A stretch of DNA of 63,991 nucleotides, the filler included, from Klebsormidium nitens (Eukaryota; Plantae; Klebsormidiophyceae), in the NCBI GenBank assembly GCA_000708835.1. It is 4 parts of 4 records of this genome, joined end to end, with 100 filler letters (N's around TTAATTAATTAA, not from the genome) between each part and the next. Parts side by side here need not be neighbours in the genome. Positions count along the whole stretch, not along the records: positions 1 to 28,921 come from DF237795.1; 3 more parts are not named here. The stretch is one strand, 5' to 3'. Positions 1 to 13,372 of this stretch are shown in pieces. Below the pieces are notes generated by a model, which was not told where the DNA came from, made no database searches, and saw only the letters and a list, made by a program, of their open reading frames with translations. The first letter of the stretch is position 1; every line of letters begins with the position of its first letter. Position numbers and translations under genes: made by a program.

Positions 1-2391
1 AGAGATTCGGTCCCTAAATGCCCGTATCTCAACACTATGTTTTGCAGGTCTTGATAACAGCGTACATAGAGTTTGCACCATTTGCAAGCTCCCTCTTGGA
101 TCTGCTCTGCCGTTTACTTTCAACAAGGAAGGGTTGCAACCTCGGTGCATCTCATGTTCGCCTGTGAAAGGTTTCACCCCTCGCCCTAGGCCACACTTTG
201 GTAAGCTTGGCGTGCCCTTTCTTCTGCACATGCTCTGTACGTATACGTAAACACATTTGTGACAGTATTCTGCTTCAGTCATGCAAAAATGCGCTAGATT
301 GCAAAAATTTAGTTACATAGTGAAACAAGCTGGTCTTCATGCTTGGAGTGCTTGGAGTGCTTACCAGTGCAGAGACCCTTAATTGTACCTAAGCTTTTTG
401 TTTGTTTAAAGAGGTTAGGAATATTACCTCTTCCAAGGGCATCCGATGTTTGATGTCGAGGCGCACCTAAGCATCTGAAATTCCTTTTCCAGCAGCTTCT
501 GAGCAAGGCGTCACTTGGGGAGATCGCTCTGAAACCAAAGGCTACTTGGAGCGGGAAGCAAATGCGCCGCATCTACATTGGCGTACGCCTGTTGCTGTGG
601 GTGAACCCATCTGCCGAGGATCAAGGCCGGATCCTCGGGGCTTGCTCCCATCACGGGTTGATCCAGATGGGAGGGAGTCTTGCTGTGGAGGTAGCGGCAA
701 CCCCAACTTCCCGGATGGACTCAGACAGGTGCTCTGTCATGGGAAAATGCCTCCGTTTTGTGACTGACACCGAATACCGGTGGAGCGCCTTAGGAAACGA
801 CATAATGGTAGGCTTCCCGTTTGCATCTGTCTAGATCCAGTGCCTTTGACAGCGGAGGAGGTGCGAAGTTACAAAGATTGGGATAGAACCCCATCCTTTG
901 AGATGCATGGAGGGCTCGGTACTGGCCAGAATGGCATTGGAACTATAGTAAGGACAATATGGTGACGGGAGTGGTTAGGTTGCGCGGCATGTGAGTTTGG
1001 CTATGCTTTATTGCTAAATAGGTTGCCGTAAGGATTATAATGCACGGTTATGCCCAACCCCAGTGTACTCAAACTAAATACGCCCCATGCATCGCGCCTT
1101 ATGGCTTTAAGAGCTTTGAAATGTCAAAATGTGATGTGCACAAATGTCTGGTGACCGGCTGCGCTTGGTTGGCGGCTCGTTGCTGGACCAACTCGCCGAT
1201 CAACATTTTGCGGACAACTCCAGCCACCAAATGTTTGAAGGCTTAACACGGTCTCACGGTTGGCCTGTCGGCACCCATGTACAAGAATCCCTTACTGCTA
1301 AGCTGCTAATCAAAAGTATCAAAAATATTAGTTGCATCAATGTCATTGAGCTATTATAAGTCATGTGACGGTTGAAACCATGTACTTGAAAGTTGGACGG
1401 CGGGCCGTACAATCACTGGTGCCCAGCACTGGCTGCAATGAATCCAAGTGGTCAAGTGGGCGCCACGCCCGCTGCTCGATGGTCTCTTTTCGTCCTCGAT
1501 CTAGCGATCTGTGACCTATTAAAGCGACAGGTAGGTCTAGACTCATAGGGAAAACGCTGGCTGACCGACTCAGTAGGATAGCTCCGCTAGGGCCCGGCTC
1601 ATCTGGAGGGGACTCAGCTGGAGTCGACGTCTTCACGAGATTACCATAACATTGTCAAGTTTGTCAACCGTCCGACTCTTATACTTACGCACGCATTTGA
1701 GACTCTTCGATTGCATGAATTTAACTTTGCGTTGAAAATAGTTAAATAATCAAACGTAAATACGCTCTTCGGAAGGGAGCGTTCCGGCAAAATTGAAGAT
1801 CATCAGAAAGCGAAAACCGAGCATTCACACCGCATCGCGGTTGAGCATTTATTTTTTCCACGCGACCGCCCGAGTCAAATTTGAAGGTCGTGCTCCTGTA
1901 ATAGGTCTACCGTCTACCGTTCCGGGCAAAATCTGAAAGTGCCACTTGTCATTCATAGAGGCTGTCGGGTGACACTTGTCGCAATCTGTGCCAACGCTTT
2001 GTTGATGATCAACTTCATTGACAATTCGATGCGGCCCGCCTGTCGCTGCCGGTGCGGCATTTGGACCGGGCCCGGCCGGTAGATCAAACTTTAAATAGGC
2101 ACGGCCCTGGCCCTGCGGCCTGCCGCCGCTGCCCGGCTGCGAACCGGTCGCCAGACAGGGCCAGCAGGTGCAGCTGAGGAGGACTTGAAGTTGAATCAAG
2201 AGTCAAGACGTCATGACTCATGAGACTCAGAGTCCCAATGCGTGCACTTTTACTCCGAGTCCTAGTGATCGCATTTGACGGCTGAAGCCTGTGAAGGGCG
2301 ATCACCTGGAAAGCGCCTGCCGGACCTAGGCAGTTTGCAGGGTTGGTGTCTCCTCCCTGGTTGTGCACAGTTTTTTGCCTGTTCAGGAAAG

Positions 2392-5300
2392 ATGGATGGC
2401 CTGACAGCAATTGCCAAGAGCGGTGGTGCGCTCACTTCCCTGCAGGCGCTCGTCCGGCACCCCTGCAACAGCTCATCCCAGCCCCTGCAGCCCTCTTTCT
2501 TGGGGAGTGGGTGTGGATCCTTGCCAGCGGCGGCGTTGACCACTCCTGGCAGAGCGTGCGGCGCGTGTCTGGCCGGCGCCTCCTTGCCATCCTGCACCTT
2601 GTTGTCCAGCTGTAGCTCGTCCATCACCGGGCTGCAACTGCCGCAGGCTGCCCCTGTTCGCAGACGCGCCCTGGCAGCCCCACCGCGATCTGGGGTGACC
2701 CGCGCAGCTGCAGCAGTGACGCAGGAGGTGGAGGTGAGGTGACCACTGCGTGCACAAAGGAGTCGATTAGGGAGTGGGAGGTGCTGGGATTGTCCATCTA
2801 GGAAGAGCTATTGAAGCAAGTCGTCCTTTCCTTAGTTGGATTTCTGGCTGCATTCGCTTGTGCGTGTCGTTGCTACCGTCTGTAACTTGAAACCTGTGCT
2901 CCTGCATTCGCTCTGCCCTGGCCACAAAGCACTTCTTGACTCAGTCTGATGGTGATTCAATTTGAATTGGCTCGAAAGATGCCTTGCTCGCTTTGCAGGA
3001 GATGAGCCGCCAATTTGCGTTGGACAATGAGTCAGATCTGCGGGTGAGTCTCCTGCTGGGACACCCCCATGCCTGTGCTGCTGGCACGGCTGCCGCTGTG
3101 CTGCCAGTGCTGGCTTGATCTCCCCTGCCCCCTGCCCCTGCTGCCAGCCTGTCTCCGCGCTGCTCTGTCCCCCACCGCTGCCCTGCCTCCTTGGCCCCCC
3201 TTGCCTTACGCGGGTGGCTGCTGCTGCTGCTGCCAGGTGCGCATCGTGGGCGAGGAGGGCAGCACCTGGAAGCGCTGCGAGCTGCGCGTGTCCGGCCGCC
3301 TGGCGGGCGTGCCCCTCGTGCTGCACTGGGCCATTACGAAGCCCGGCCGCCCGTGAGCCCCTCGCCTGAAGTTTGCCACAGCGCTCTCCTTGTTTGATCC
3401 TGCGGGCTGCTGTTGCGCGTGCGGGCATGTGAGTGTGGTGCGGTAATGACTAGGACGGCGGGGTGGCTGTCGTGCAGGACGTGGTACCTGCCCGCGGAGG
3501 CGCAGCGGCCGGCCAACACGCGCGAGTACAAGAAGCGGGCGCTGCAGACCACGTTCAACAAGGTGCGCTGTGTGCGGGGCCGTCCTGCTTCTGCAGCACC
3601 TGGAGTAAACGGATTGGCCGGCCAGGAAGAGAGGGGCGGGGCAAGCACGCCTTGCCGGCGGGGCAAGCACAGTAGAGAGGGGCGCAGGGGCAGTCACGCA
3701 CTCCTTGGATCTCCCTTGCTGCAGTGCTTCCACCCATGGACGCCGTCTCTGGTAGACTGACCCCATTGCTTGCATTGTGCAGATTGACGATGGGGCCATC
3801 CTTATTATCGACGTCGACGCCGCTCAGAATGATGCAATTGAGTTCACCCTCAAAGATGACTCCTGCAATGCCTGGTGAGTGTCTCGGCGCACCCCCCTTC
3901 CCTGTGGCCATCCCTGCAACACGGCCAGGCCTGTGCTTGTCCCCCCCCTTGTGCGGCGCGGCGGCCCCAGCTCACTCCTCTGTATAGCGCGGAGGCAGAG
4001 CGGCAGGCGAGCTGCGAATGTTGGTTGTGAAGACAAAGGGCCACCCTGAGCTGTGAGATGAGGAGGGAGGTGCCAAGCCAGATCTGGGTTTCTCTGGTGC
4101 TTGGGTCAGTCTTTGGCAGTTCCCAGAATGAAGCCCCTGTGAAGAGTTGCACCTGATGCGGCTGTTGTTGCCGTGTGGCGCAGGTTCAAGAACCGCGGCA
4201 GCAACTTCCGGGTGGAGGTGGGCAAGGGCGGCGCGGCGGCGCCCCCCGCGGCCAGCCCGGCCCCCGCGGCAGTGGACATCCCCAAGGAGCTGGTGGACAT
4301 TCAGTCGTACCTGCGCTGGTGAGACAGCCGCCAAGCACAGTCAGAGCGCCGCAGATGGGATGCACAGGCTGGTGCAACCACTCTGATCGAGGCGCGGGAT
4401 GGCTGGTCCGTCAGTGTGTGTTTGGTGAACTCTCACGCCGGAAACTGATATGAACGGACCTGGTCGTTGCGCGCTGCTGAGATGCCCGCGCGTGCGTGCA
4501 GGGAGCGTGCGGGGAAGCAGACCTACTCGTACGAGCAACAGGAGGTAAGGGCCCCAGCGGGGGCGGTGCGGAGGCCGCGCTGCGCCCAGGGTCTCTCAGG
4601 AACGCCCCAGGCTGGGCTGCACCGGCAAAGCCGGGCGCAACCTTGCGGCGGTGCCCTTGCGGGAGAAGCGCGCCTGCCGTCCTGTGAATGCTCACCTTTG
4701 GCGCTGATCGGTGCTCCTCGCTTGGTCTGCTCGGTCGAGGGTCAGCCTGCCGATGTGTCACAGTGTGCGAGAGAGCCGCCTGGTGTTGAAATGCCCGGCG
4801 CGTGCGTGTGCAGGCGGAGTACCGGGCGGCGCGCGAGGAGCTGGAGGCGCAGGTGCGCAGTGGGGCCACCCTGGAGGAGCTCAGGCAGCGCCTCAAGGGC
4901 GGGCCAGCCACCAACGGGGCAGCCAGCGGGAACGGCGCGGGCGCCTCGCAGGGAGCGGGCGGCGTGGCTGTTCCGGAGGACCTGGTGGGCATCCAGGCGT
5001 ACCTGCGCTGGGAGCGGGGCGGCAAGAAGAACTACTCCCCCGAGGAGCAACAGGTGGGGCACCGCGCCCAGCGCCTCTTGGTGGAGTTGTGAAAGCTGGT
5101 CGAGCAAGTGTCGGTCTTGGACCACTGGTTGCACTCTCCCACTCACTTTCAGAGTCGCTGTCAGTCTGACCCTCCCCCCCTTCTGTCTCTTCTGACCCTT
5201 GAGCCCCCTGAGAACGCTCAGACCCCTTGGACGCAAGACTCTCACTATCGCTCTCGCTGCCGCCGAGACAGCGTCCAACTCCGAATTAACCCCGTGATAC

Positions 5301-8300
5301 CTCTGGCGCTTAGAGCCTGCTTAACAGTCTGCGGATCGGCTGTCCACATCTTCCCGTCCTCGCTCCTCAACCTGCTCCTCCATCACGGGAGACAGCGGAC
5401 ACAGCGTCCTGCGCCCTGATTATGGCCTCACCTCCCGACAGCACATGGTCCCTGTCCAGGGTCACGAGTGTGGTTGCCGCGCTAGGGAAGCTCTCTTGGA
5501 GGGTTGCACTCTTCTTGCACTTCACAGGAAGCAAAAGGGCTTTTGGGGAGGCATGCTTGTGACGCCCAAAGAGACTTAGATTACTTCCGCCCAAGGCCTC
5601 AGTGGGCAGCGTTGGCCTCCCCAAAGGGTCCGCCTGCTTCACCTGTCGGCGAACCTCGCCCGGGAGGGTGCCTGACAGTGTCCTGACCGGGGGGTGCTGC
5701 CTTGTGCAGCGCGAGTACGAGGCGGCGCGCGCGGAGCTGCAGGCGGCGGTGGCGGGGGGCGCCAGCGTGGCGTCGCTTCGTGCTCAGCTGCAGGCCCCCA
5801 AGAAGGAGGCGCAGGCCGCCGCCGCGCAGAAGCCGCAGAGCCGCGTGCACATCGAGCGCAAGCAGTGGGACCCCGCGCAGCTCATCAACGCCCACACTGC
5901 GACTGCACACAGCCCCGGGACGGCTCCCCCCGCGCCTGCGCCCAAGGAGCCGACCCCGCTGGAGCTGGCCGCCGACGTGGTGATGGGCGCGGACGGGGCG
6001 ACGGTGGTGAGCCGGCAAGTGATCCCAGTGGACGGCGGCGCGGTGCTGGTGCTGGTGACGGAGGAGGGGGGCGAGGTGACGGTGCACGTGGCCACCGACC
6101 TGCGCGAGCCGCTGGCGCTGCACTGGGCCGTGTCGCGCAAGGGGCAGGAATGGGGCAAGCCGCCGAGCAGCGTGGTCCCCGAGGGGTCGGCCGAGGTGGG
6201 CGGCAGCGTGGAGACGCCGCTGGCGCGCGGCTGGGGCGGCCAGGACAGCGTGCAGGCCGCGCACGTGGCGCTGGGCCGGGACGCGGGCGGCTTTGCCGCG
6301 CTGCCGTTTGTGCTGCACGCCGCGGCGGGCTGGTGGCTCAAGAACGGGGGCAAAGACTTCGTGGCCCCGCTCAAGAAGGCGCCCCCGCCGCCCCCAGCTG
6401 CGGACGTGGACGCGTCCAAGATGGCCAAGTGGCTCGTGGACGAGATTGCGGACTGCGAGAGGGAGGCCGAGAAGTCGTTCATGCACAGGTGCGGCCCGCC
6501 GCGCATGCTGCCGCTGCACCAGCCGGGTCAGCGCTCCGTGACGTCGTCAGGGCGTCGCCCCGCTCGGGCTACCCCCGCTTGGCTCGCGCGTTACTGCCCT
6601 GAGCCTTGAGGCTGGCGGCGAAGCGTGGTTGGCGCAGAGTAGCCAGCGTGCGCTCCCTGTTCTTGACTGCCCTGGGCTTCCTCCCCGCTCAGCGCCTGCG
6701 TGTGCTCCCCCTGCCTGACCCCCTCCGCTCGCCTTCCTGCAGGTTCAATCTCGCAGCCGGCTTTGCGGAGAAGGCGCGCGACGCGGGCTCTCTGGGCCTG
6801 GCGGCCGTCTTTGTGTGGCTGCGCTACTGCCAGACGCGCCAGCTCAACTGGAACGTCAACTACAACGTCAAGCCCAGGTGCACCGCCCCGGCCCCCCTCG
6901 TCCCTTCTGCTGGGACGCCTCGCCTCCGTCAGGGCGGCCTTGGCCTGCTCCCATCTCCCGGCGTGGCGCTGTTGCTGCTGGCGGCCTCGTCCCTGCGACC
7001 CCACGTGCTCCATCTGCTCGGACCTGCGCGCTCTCGTTCGCCCCACCGGGCCCCCCTGCGCCCTTGCCTCCAAGTCACCATGTCTGCGGCAGGCCCGACT
7101 ATTTACGCCTGCCCTGGCCTCCCGCCTTGCGTGGGCGCCCGCTGATGGCGCGCGCGTGGCTGGTTGCAGGGAGATCAGCGCTGCGCAGAACAGGCTGACG
7201 GACGTGCTGGAGGGGCTGTATGCGACGCTGCCGGGCGAGCGCGAGCTGGTGCGCCTGGCGCTGAGCGCGATCGGGCGCGGCGGGGAGGGTGACGTGGGGC
7301 AGCGCATCCGCGACGAGATCCTGGTGGTGCAGCAGAACAACAACGCCAAGGGCGGCATGCTCGAGGAGTGGCACCAGAAGCTGCACAACAACACCTCGCC
7401 CGACGACGTCGTCATCTGCCAGGCGCTGCTCGACTACCTGGCCGCAGACCTGGACCTGGGCGCGTACTGGGCGCGCCTGGAGGCGGAGGGCGTGTCGCGC
7501 GAGCGGCTGGCCAGCTACGACCGTCCGATCGTGTCGGAGCCGCGGCTGAAGCCCGAGCAGAAGGAGGGCCTCATCCGCGACCTGGGCGCGTACCTCAAGA
7601 CGCTCAAGGCCGTGCACTCCGGGGCCGACCTCGAGTCCGCCGCCGCCGCCGTGCTGGGCTACAAGCTGGACGCCATGCGGGTGAGCGGGCCGGCCCCAGC
7701 CGCGGGGAACAGGCAGGCCAACGGGGCTAGAGCAGGCCCCGAGGGGTCCGCAGCAGCTCCCCGCACACTTGTTGGGGGGAGAGGGTGCTGCTGGTCCGGT
7801 TGCCCGATCTGCCCCGGCCTGCTGGGCGCTGAAGCCTGGCCCTGCCTCTGTGTACCTGCTCTGTGCTTGGGACGCTCACTCTGGCGTGGGCTGCGGCGTG
7901 CGTGCAGGGCGGCCAGCATGGCGACATCCACGTGGAACCCGTGCCGGGCCTGGCACCCGAGCTGCCGGTACGGCCCCCTGACTGCCGCCGTCCCACTTCG
8001 GAAGCACCGCACCTTTCCACGACTGCTGCATGCGGCTGCACTGTGTGCGTCCTTGCACCTGCTGATTGCTGGAGAATCTCCGCTGAGTGGGGGCGTGGCT
8101 GCTGTGGGATGCTGCGCGTGCAGGCAGTCCCTCTGCTCGCGTTGTGCGCGCGCTGATGACCGCTGACGTCGCCTGCGGGTGGGCTGTGCGTGCAGGACCT
8201 GCTGGACTTCGTGCTGGAGCACATCAACGACGCGGAGCCGCTGCCGCTACTGCTGGTCAGCCCCCCCCTGCCCCGCCCCGTGATCAGTTGCAGGAGACCA

Positions 8301-11300
8301 CGAGGACGGAACATTTGATCTACTCCTGCTCTGAGCTCGAGGTGCCAGGTAGCTGTGTGCGTGCTGGAGCCGTGGCTGACCGTCTTTCTCTGTGCTGTGC
8401 GCCGCAGGGCCTGGTGGAGGCGCGGCGCGAGCTGCGGCCGGCGCTGCAGGCGGGCGGCGACCGGCTCAAGGACTGCGTCTACCTGGACCTCGCGCTCGAC
8501 TCGGCGGTGCGCACCACGGTGGAGCGCAGCCTGGCGGCGGTGGCGGCCGCGCCGGCGGCGGACCAAATGGGCCTGGCCGCGCTGGTGGTGGAGAACCTGT
8601 GCCTCTCGCTGGACGACAACGAGGAGCTCGTCTTCTGCCTCAAGGCCTGGATGGCGGCGGCGCCCGCCTGCCGCGCAAACGAGCCCCACTGGGCGCTGCG
8701 CGCCAAGGCCGTCATGGACCGCACGCGCCTCGCGCTGGCCGACATTGCCGAGCGCACCGCCGCGCTGCTGCAGCCCACCGCCACGTACATGGGCCACCGC
8801 CTCGGGGTCGCCTCCTGGGCGGTAAGGCCGCCCGCCGAGCAAGGCTGGCCCTGCTGCGACCGCCGTTCTGCCCCTGTCGGCTGTGCAGTCTCTCGTTCAG
8901 CCCCCTGCCCCACCCGCTCCTGCCGTTCCTCGCTTTTGCCTAGGACCGCCAGCTTGCCGCGCCAGTGCCCGGCTCCCTGCTGAGCGCTGCGGTGCCCCTG
9001 CTGTTGCAGGTGGACATCTTCTCGGAGGAGGTCATCCGCATGGGCTCCGCCGCGGCCCTCTCGCAGCTGCTGGCCCGCCTGGACCCCGTCCTGCGCGCCG
9101 CGGCCGACCTGGGTGCGTGGCAGGTGATCAGCCCGGTGGCGGTGGCGGGCGTGGTGCGCTGCGTGGATTCGCTGGGCGACGTGCAGGACGTGGTGTACGA
9201 CGAGGCGACCATCCTGGTGGCGGGCCACGTCAGCGGCGAGGAGGAGATCCCCGACGGCGCTGTCGCCGTGCTCACGCCCGACATGCCCGACGTCCTCTCC
9301 CACGTCTCAGTGCGCGCGCGCAACGGCAAGGTCAGCAGGCCACCCCGCCCCGCGCCTGCGCCCGCCGTTGCCCGTCTGCTGCCCCACAAGCTGCACCTGC
9401 CGTGCCTCTGTTCCCAGCATGCCGCCTCAATCTCCGCAACCGCCGGCAAGGGTGGACACTGACGGCCCCCCTCGGGTCCCTGTTGCCTGCCTGCTTCCAG
9501 ATCTGCTTCGCGACCTGCTTCGACGAGGGCGTGCTGGCGGAGCTGCGCGCTCTGGACGGCCGCGCGCTGCGGTTGGAGCCAGCCGCAGAGGACCTCAAGT
9601 ACACCCCGATCGAGGCCGCGGAGGTGCAGCACAGCGCCGCGGGGGGAGGCGCGGACGACGACGTCCCCTCCGGGCTGAGCATCACCAAGAAGGCGTGGGC
9701 CGGCAAGTACGCGATCCCAGCCGACGACTTCACGCCCGACCTGGTGAGACACGGCCCCCGCCCGCCCGCCCGCCCGCCCGCCGCAGTCACTGGCAGCAGC
9801 GTGGGAGCAGCACCGTCCTGGCCTTGAGGCTGTCCCCCGGCCTCTCTGCGCGCCCCTGACCGGGCGCCTCTCTGTGGCGGCGTGCTGCAGGTGGGGGCCA
9901 AGTCGCGCAACCTGGCCGACCTGCGGGGGCGGCTCCCCGACTGGATCCACCTGCCCACGTCGGTGGCCATCCCCTTTGGCACGTTCGACCAGGTCCTGGC
10001 GGCGCCGCAGAACCGCGCCGTGGCCGCAGAGGTGAAGGCGTTGCAGGCGGCGCTGAAGGCGGGCCAGCACGAGAAGCTGGCGGAGCTGCGCAGCGCCGTG
10101 CTGGAGCTGGCGGCGCCCGAGGCCCTGGTGACGGAGCTGCGGGCCGCGTTCCAGGGCGCGGGCCTGCCGTGGCCGGGGGAGCAGGGCGAGGAGCGGTGGG
10201 AGGCCGCGTGGCGCGCCATCAAGAAGGTCAGCCCGGCCAGGAGCGGCACGGCCAGCCTCGTAGGGAGCGCTCTGCCGGGAAAGTGCGGCCACGCACGGTC
10301 AACCAGTGCGAGCCAGCTTGCTTTCCAGCGATTGTCGAAAGTAATCGTTTGGTCGTCTGCTGCGTGGTCGCCTTCAAGTGACAGCGGTGCAGTTAGCCTG
10401 CTCACCGCAAGTACTAGTTTGTTTTTCTTGATAGCACTTGTACCTACTGTTTTGTGCTGGGCGCTCTTCTTCTGTCGTGCCCCGCACTTGTTGCGCTCTG
10501 TGCCCGCTGCGCTGCGCCGCTGCTGACGCGCATGCCGACGCGGCTGCTCGCAGGTGTGGGCGTCCAAGTGGAATGAGCGCGCCTTCTTCAGCTGCCGCAA
10601 GGCGCGCATCAACCACGACGACCTGAGCATGGCCGTGCTGTGCCAGCAAGTCATCCGCGCCGACTACGCGTACGTCATCCACACCACCAACCCGTCGACG
10701 GGCGATGCGAGCGAGATCTACGCGGAGGTGGTGCGGGGCCTGGGGGAGACCCTGGTGGGCGCGTACCCGGGGCGGGCCCTCAGCTTCGCGGCGAGCAAGA
10801 GCGACCTTGCGCCGCGGGTAAGGCGGAGCACAGGCGGCCGGGGATACGCCCCCTGCACGGGAAGGCTGGCGCTTGGTTCTTCCGGCGGGCAGCCCCCGGT
10901 GCTTTGTCCTGGATCCTTTGAGGCTGCTTGTGTCCCTGCAACAAGCTGCGGCAAGCTGATATGCAGGCAGAGCAGAGTTATCAGAATTGCATGCACAGTG
11001 AAGGATTGGGGTTGTCCGCCGGAATTTGTTGGTCTTGCAAATGATCACCTCATCGAGAGCCGGCTGACAGCCAGGGGTCTGCCGTTTATACCGCACCTGA
11101 TGGAGCTCTCGTCCTGAAGCGGAAAGAGAGGAGCGGACAGACATCCTGCTGCAGCCCGGCCGTAGGGCGATTGCATTGTGCAGTCTCCAAGCTTGCAGTC
11201 CCAGTCTTGCCTCCCCCCCGCCGGCAGGTATCCGCACGGCCGCTCCGCTGGGTCTCGGCTTGGCTGGGCCGCCGCTCTTGGCTCACTCCGTGCCTGCGCC

Positions 11301-11889
11301 GCGCTGCAGGTCCTCGGCTTCCCCAGCAAGCGGGTGGGCCTCTTCTGCCCCGACACGCTCATCTTCCGCTCGGACTCCAACGGAGAAGACCTGGAGGGAT
11401 ATGCGGGCGCAGGGCTGTACGACAGGTGAGCACATGCCGCACATGCGGCGCACAACGTGCTCGCAGGCGTGCACCTTGATTTAGGGCTGCTCCTTCACAA
11501 ACCCTCGTGTCCGCAACTGGGCTGCGGACGCTGCTTCGATGTTATTGACTACGAGCTGTCTGCTCAGAGCATTCGACGGAATCAGAGCGCTTGCCGTGCC
11601 TTGCCTCTCGTGCGCTCGCTCCCCTTATCTTCAAGCTCTGCATTCCTCTGATTGGACTCACGGGGCGACATTGTTTCTTGGCAGTATCACGATGGATCCA
11701 GAGCAAGAAGAAAAAGTGGATTACTCCGTTGACAAGCTGCTGAACGACACGTCTTTCCAAAAAGATGTCCTGACGAGAATCGCGCAACTTGGAGATGCTG
11801 TTGAGAAGGCGCTCAAGAGTCCTCAGGATATCGAGGGGGTCGTCAAAGACGGAAAGTTGTACATGGTGCAGACACGGCCGCAGATGTAA
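2392..11889 (+). CDS. GWD1: Alpha-glucan water dikinase (plastid starch-phosphorylating enzyme), multi-exon
   Basis: GT-AG exons traced: 2392-2733 (transit-peptide-like), 3237-3352, 3478-3562, 3783-3874, 4184-4318, 4502-4544, 4814-5053, 5710-6488, 6743-6877, 7170-7680, 7908-7967, 8196-8255, 8408-8821, 9010-9330, 9501-9743, 9891-10226, 10554-10817, 11310-11425, 11685-11889. Motifs: two CBM45-like modules (LHWA..W), two IQ(S/A)YLRWER repeats, EEWHQKLHNNTSPDDVVICQAL, phospho-His motif TPDMPDVLSHVSVRARN, VGAKSRN, VWASKWNERA, IFRSDSNGEDLEGYAGAGLYDS, and C-terminal VQTRPQM*. Confidence 0.96.
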
Positions 11890-13372
11890 GGCCACTAGGG
11901 GCGAATGTTTCTGTGCACCTTGTGCGATGCATAAGAGCGTGTTGCAAACCATCTGGACAATTGAGGAGCGATCTGGCTGGTACCTTCACGGGTGAGGTTC
12001 GAAAAGCTTGAGCAAGGTTTAGATTCTAAGACATCGTCTCTGGAAAGTAGCAACCTCGAATGCCGATTGAACCATGATTGACAGTTTATCAATATCGATA
12101 TGGATTGCTTATGATCATCTCAGACGGTCTACTTTTGTGTAGAGCAAGCTGACCCAAGTCACTTGCATTTGATACTGCAACCCGCATGAGTTGATGGAGC
12201 CAACTGCAAGCCAATGTTGAGTCTACAATGGATGCTGCTTTTCCCTCTGCAATCCAGCATGTCATGTGCGCAACGTGGGGTGGGTTGCCAGTGCGTCAGC
12301 TGAAAGACGAGGTTTTGGTATCAGGCATTGGCCGTAGGTAAGATTCATGCATGCCGTCTTCAATTGATCACGAGTTGAAGCTGAGTCTGCTCCGATTGCA
12401 TTTGCCAGCTCTGTTGTGTGTACACAGGAATGATCCTCGAAGCAACATCAAACTCAATCACTTCGTGCTAGCTCCATGGACGTATGGATACGGTTCAATT
12501 ATACACTTTTAGCAGATGTTGCAATGTATATTTCTAGGTACAAGAAATGACACTTCAGGAAAAGTAAGCTTCAAGTTGCGAGCTAGGAATAGTAAGATCA
12601 CCAGCCAGCCTGGGACGCGGGTATAGGGCCGGTCACTTACTAATTGGGGTTTAGGGCCTGGGTTAGTATCGGTGCGGAGTACGCAACTTTAATAGGTTAG
12701 GACTTGAGTGTTCAATTGATTTGCATGTGTTCCCATGAGGTGTCGCGACATTGCATATATGAACCCTTTTGCTGCCGGCATGTCACTTTAGTGCAGCTGA
12801 TCGATCAGTGCATGAACATGGACAGGTACACGCACATGCATTTTCACGACAAGCCCTGGCATGGAGGCTAGACAATTGGGTCTACCGAAGGAATTAGCGA
12901 CGACGTTTAAGCCAATCCAGTGACGAACTTTCAGACTTGTAAGCTAATAGCAAGCGATCAACGTATGCGTCACATGTTCGTACTTGATCTCGGGCAAGCA
13001 ATAGTAAAAGACAACAATAGAAATTCAAACGGCCAAAGGTGGAGTTGTTGAGGCCGTCACTAGCAAGGGAATTATTGCAAGTTGTCGGAGGGCCTTCTCT
13101 TTTTGGAAGTATGCAATACATCACCAGATGGGTTAGCAGTACTCTTCAATGAACGCAAGATCAGCGTAATCGTCATTACACTCCTCAGTTGATTGTTTCA
13201 AATGCTTCAACAAGAACCGTACAACATTGATATACCTTTATGACACTGGCAACCGCTTCAACTTGCAGGCGGGACGCATTACCTGGAAAATGGTTTATAC
13301 ACATGCTAGTGCTGAGATCTTTTTTCAGGACTTCACGATCGCTGGTTATTGGATTAACGGGCACGCTACCAA

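Noticed and set aside
300-1640. Short ORFs before GWD (e.g. 1361-1636 minus)
   Set aside because: No recognisable motif or consistent exon chain. A divergent gene running off the window cannot be supported.
4270-5800. Internal duplication IQ(S/A)YLRWER..EY.AAR.EL in GWD
   Set aside because: Two such repeats, and two CBM45 modules, are standard in plant GWD1.
5599-10654. Long antisense ORFs opposite GWD (and similar ones opposite PI4K and CDK exons)
   Set aside because: These are shadow ORFs from high-GC codon bias.
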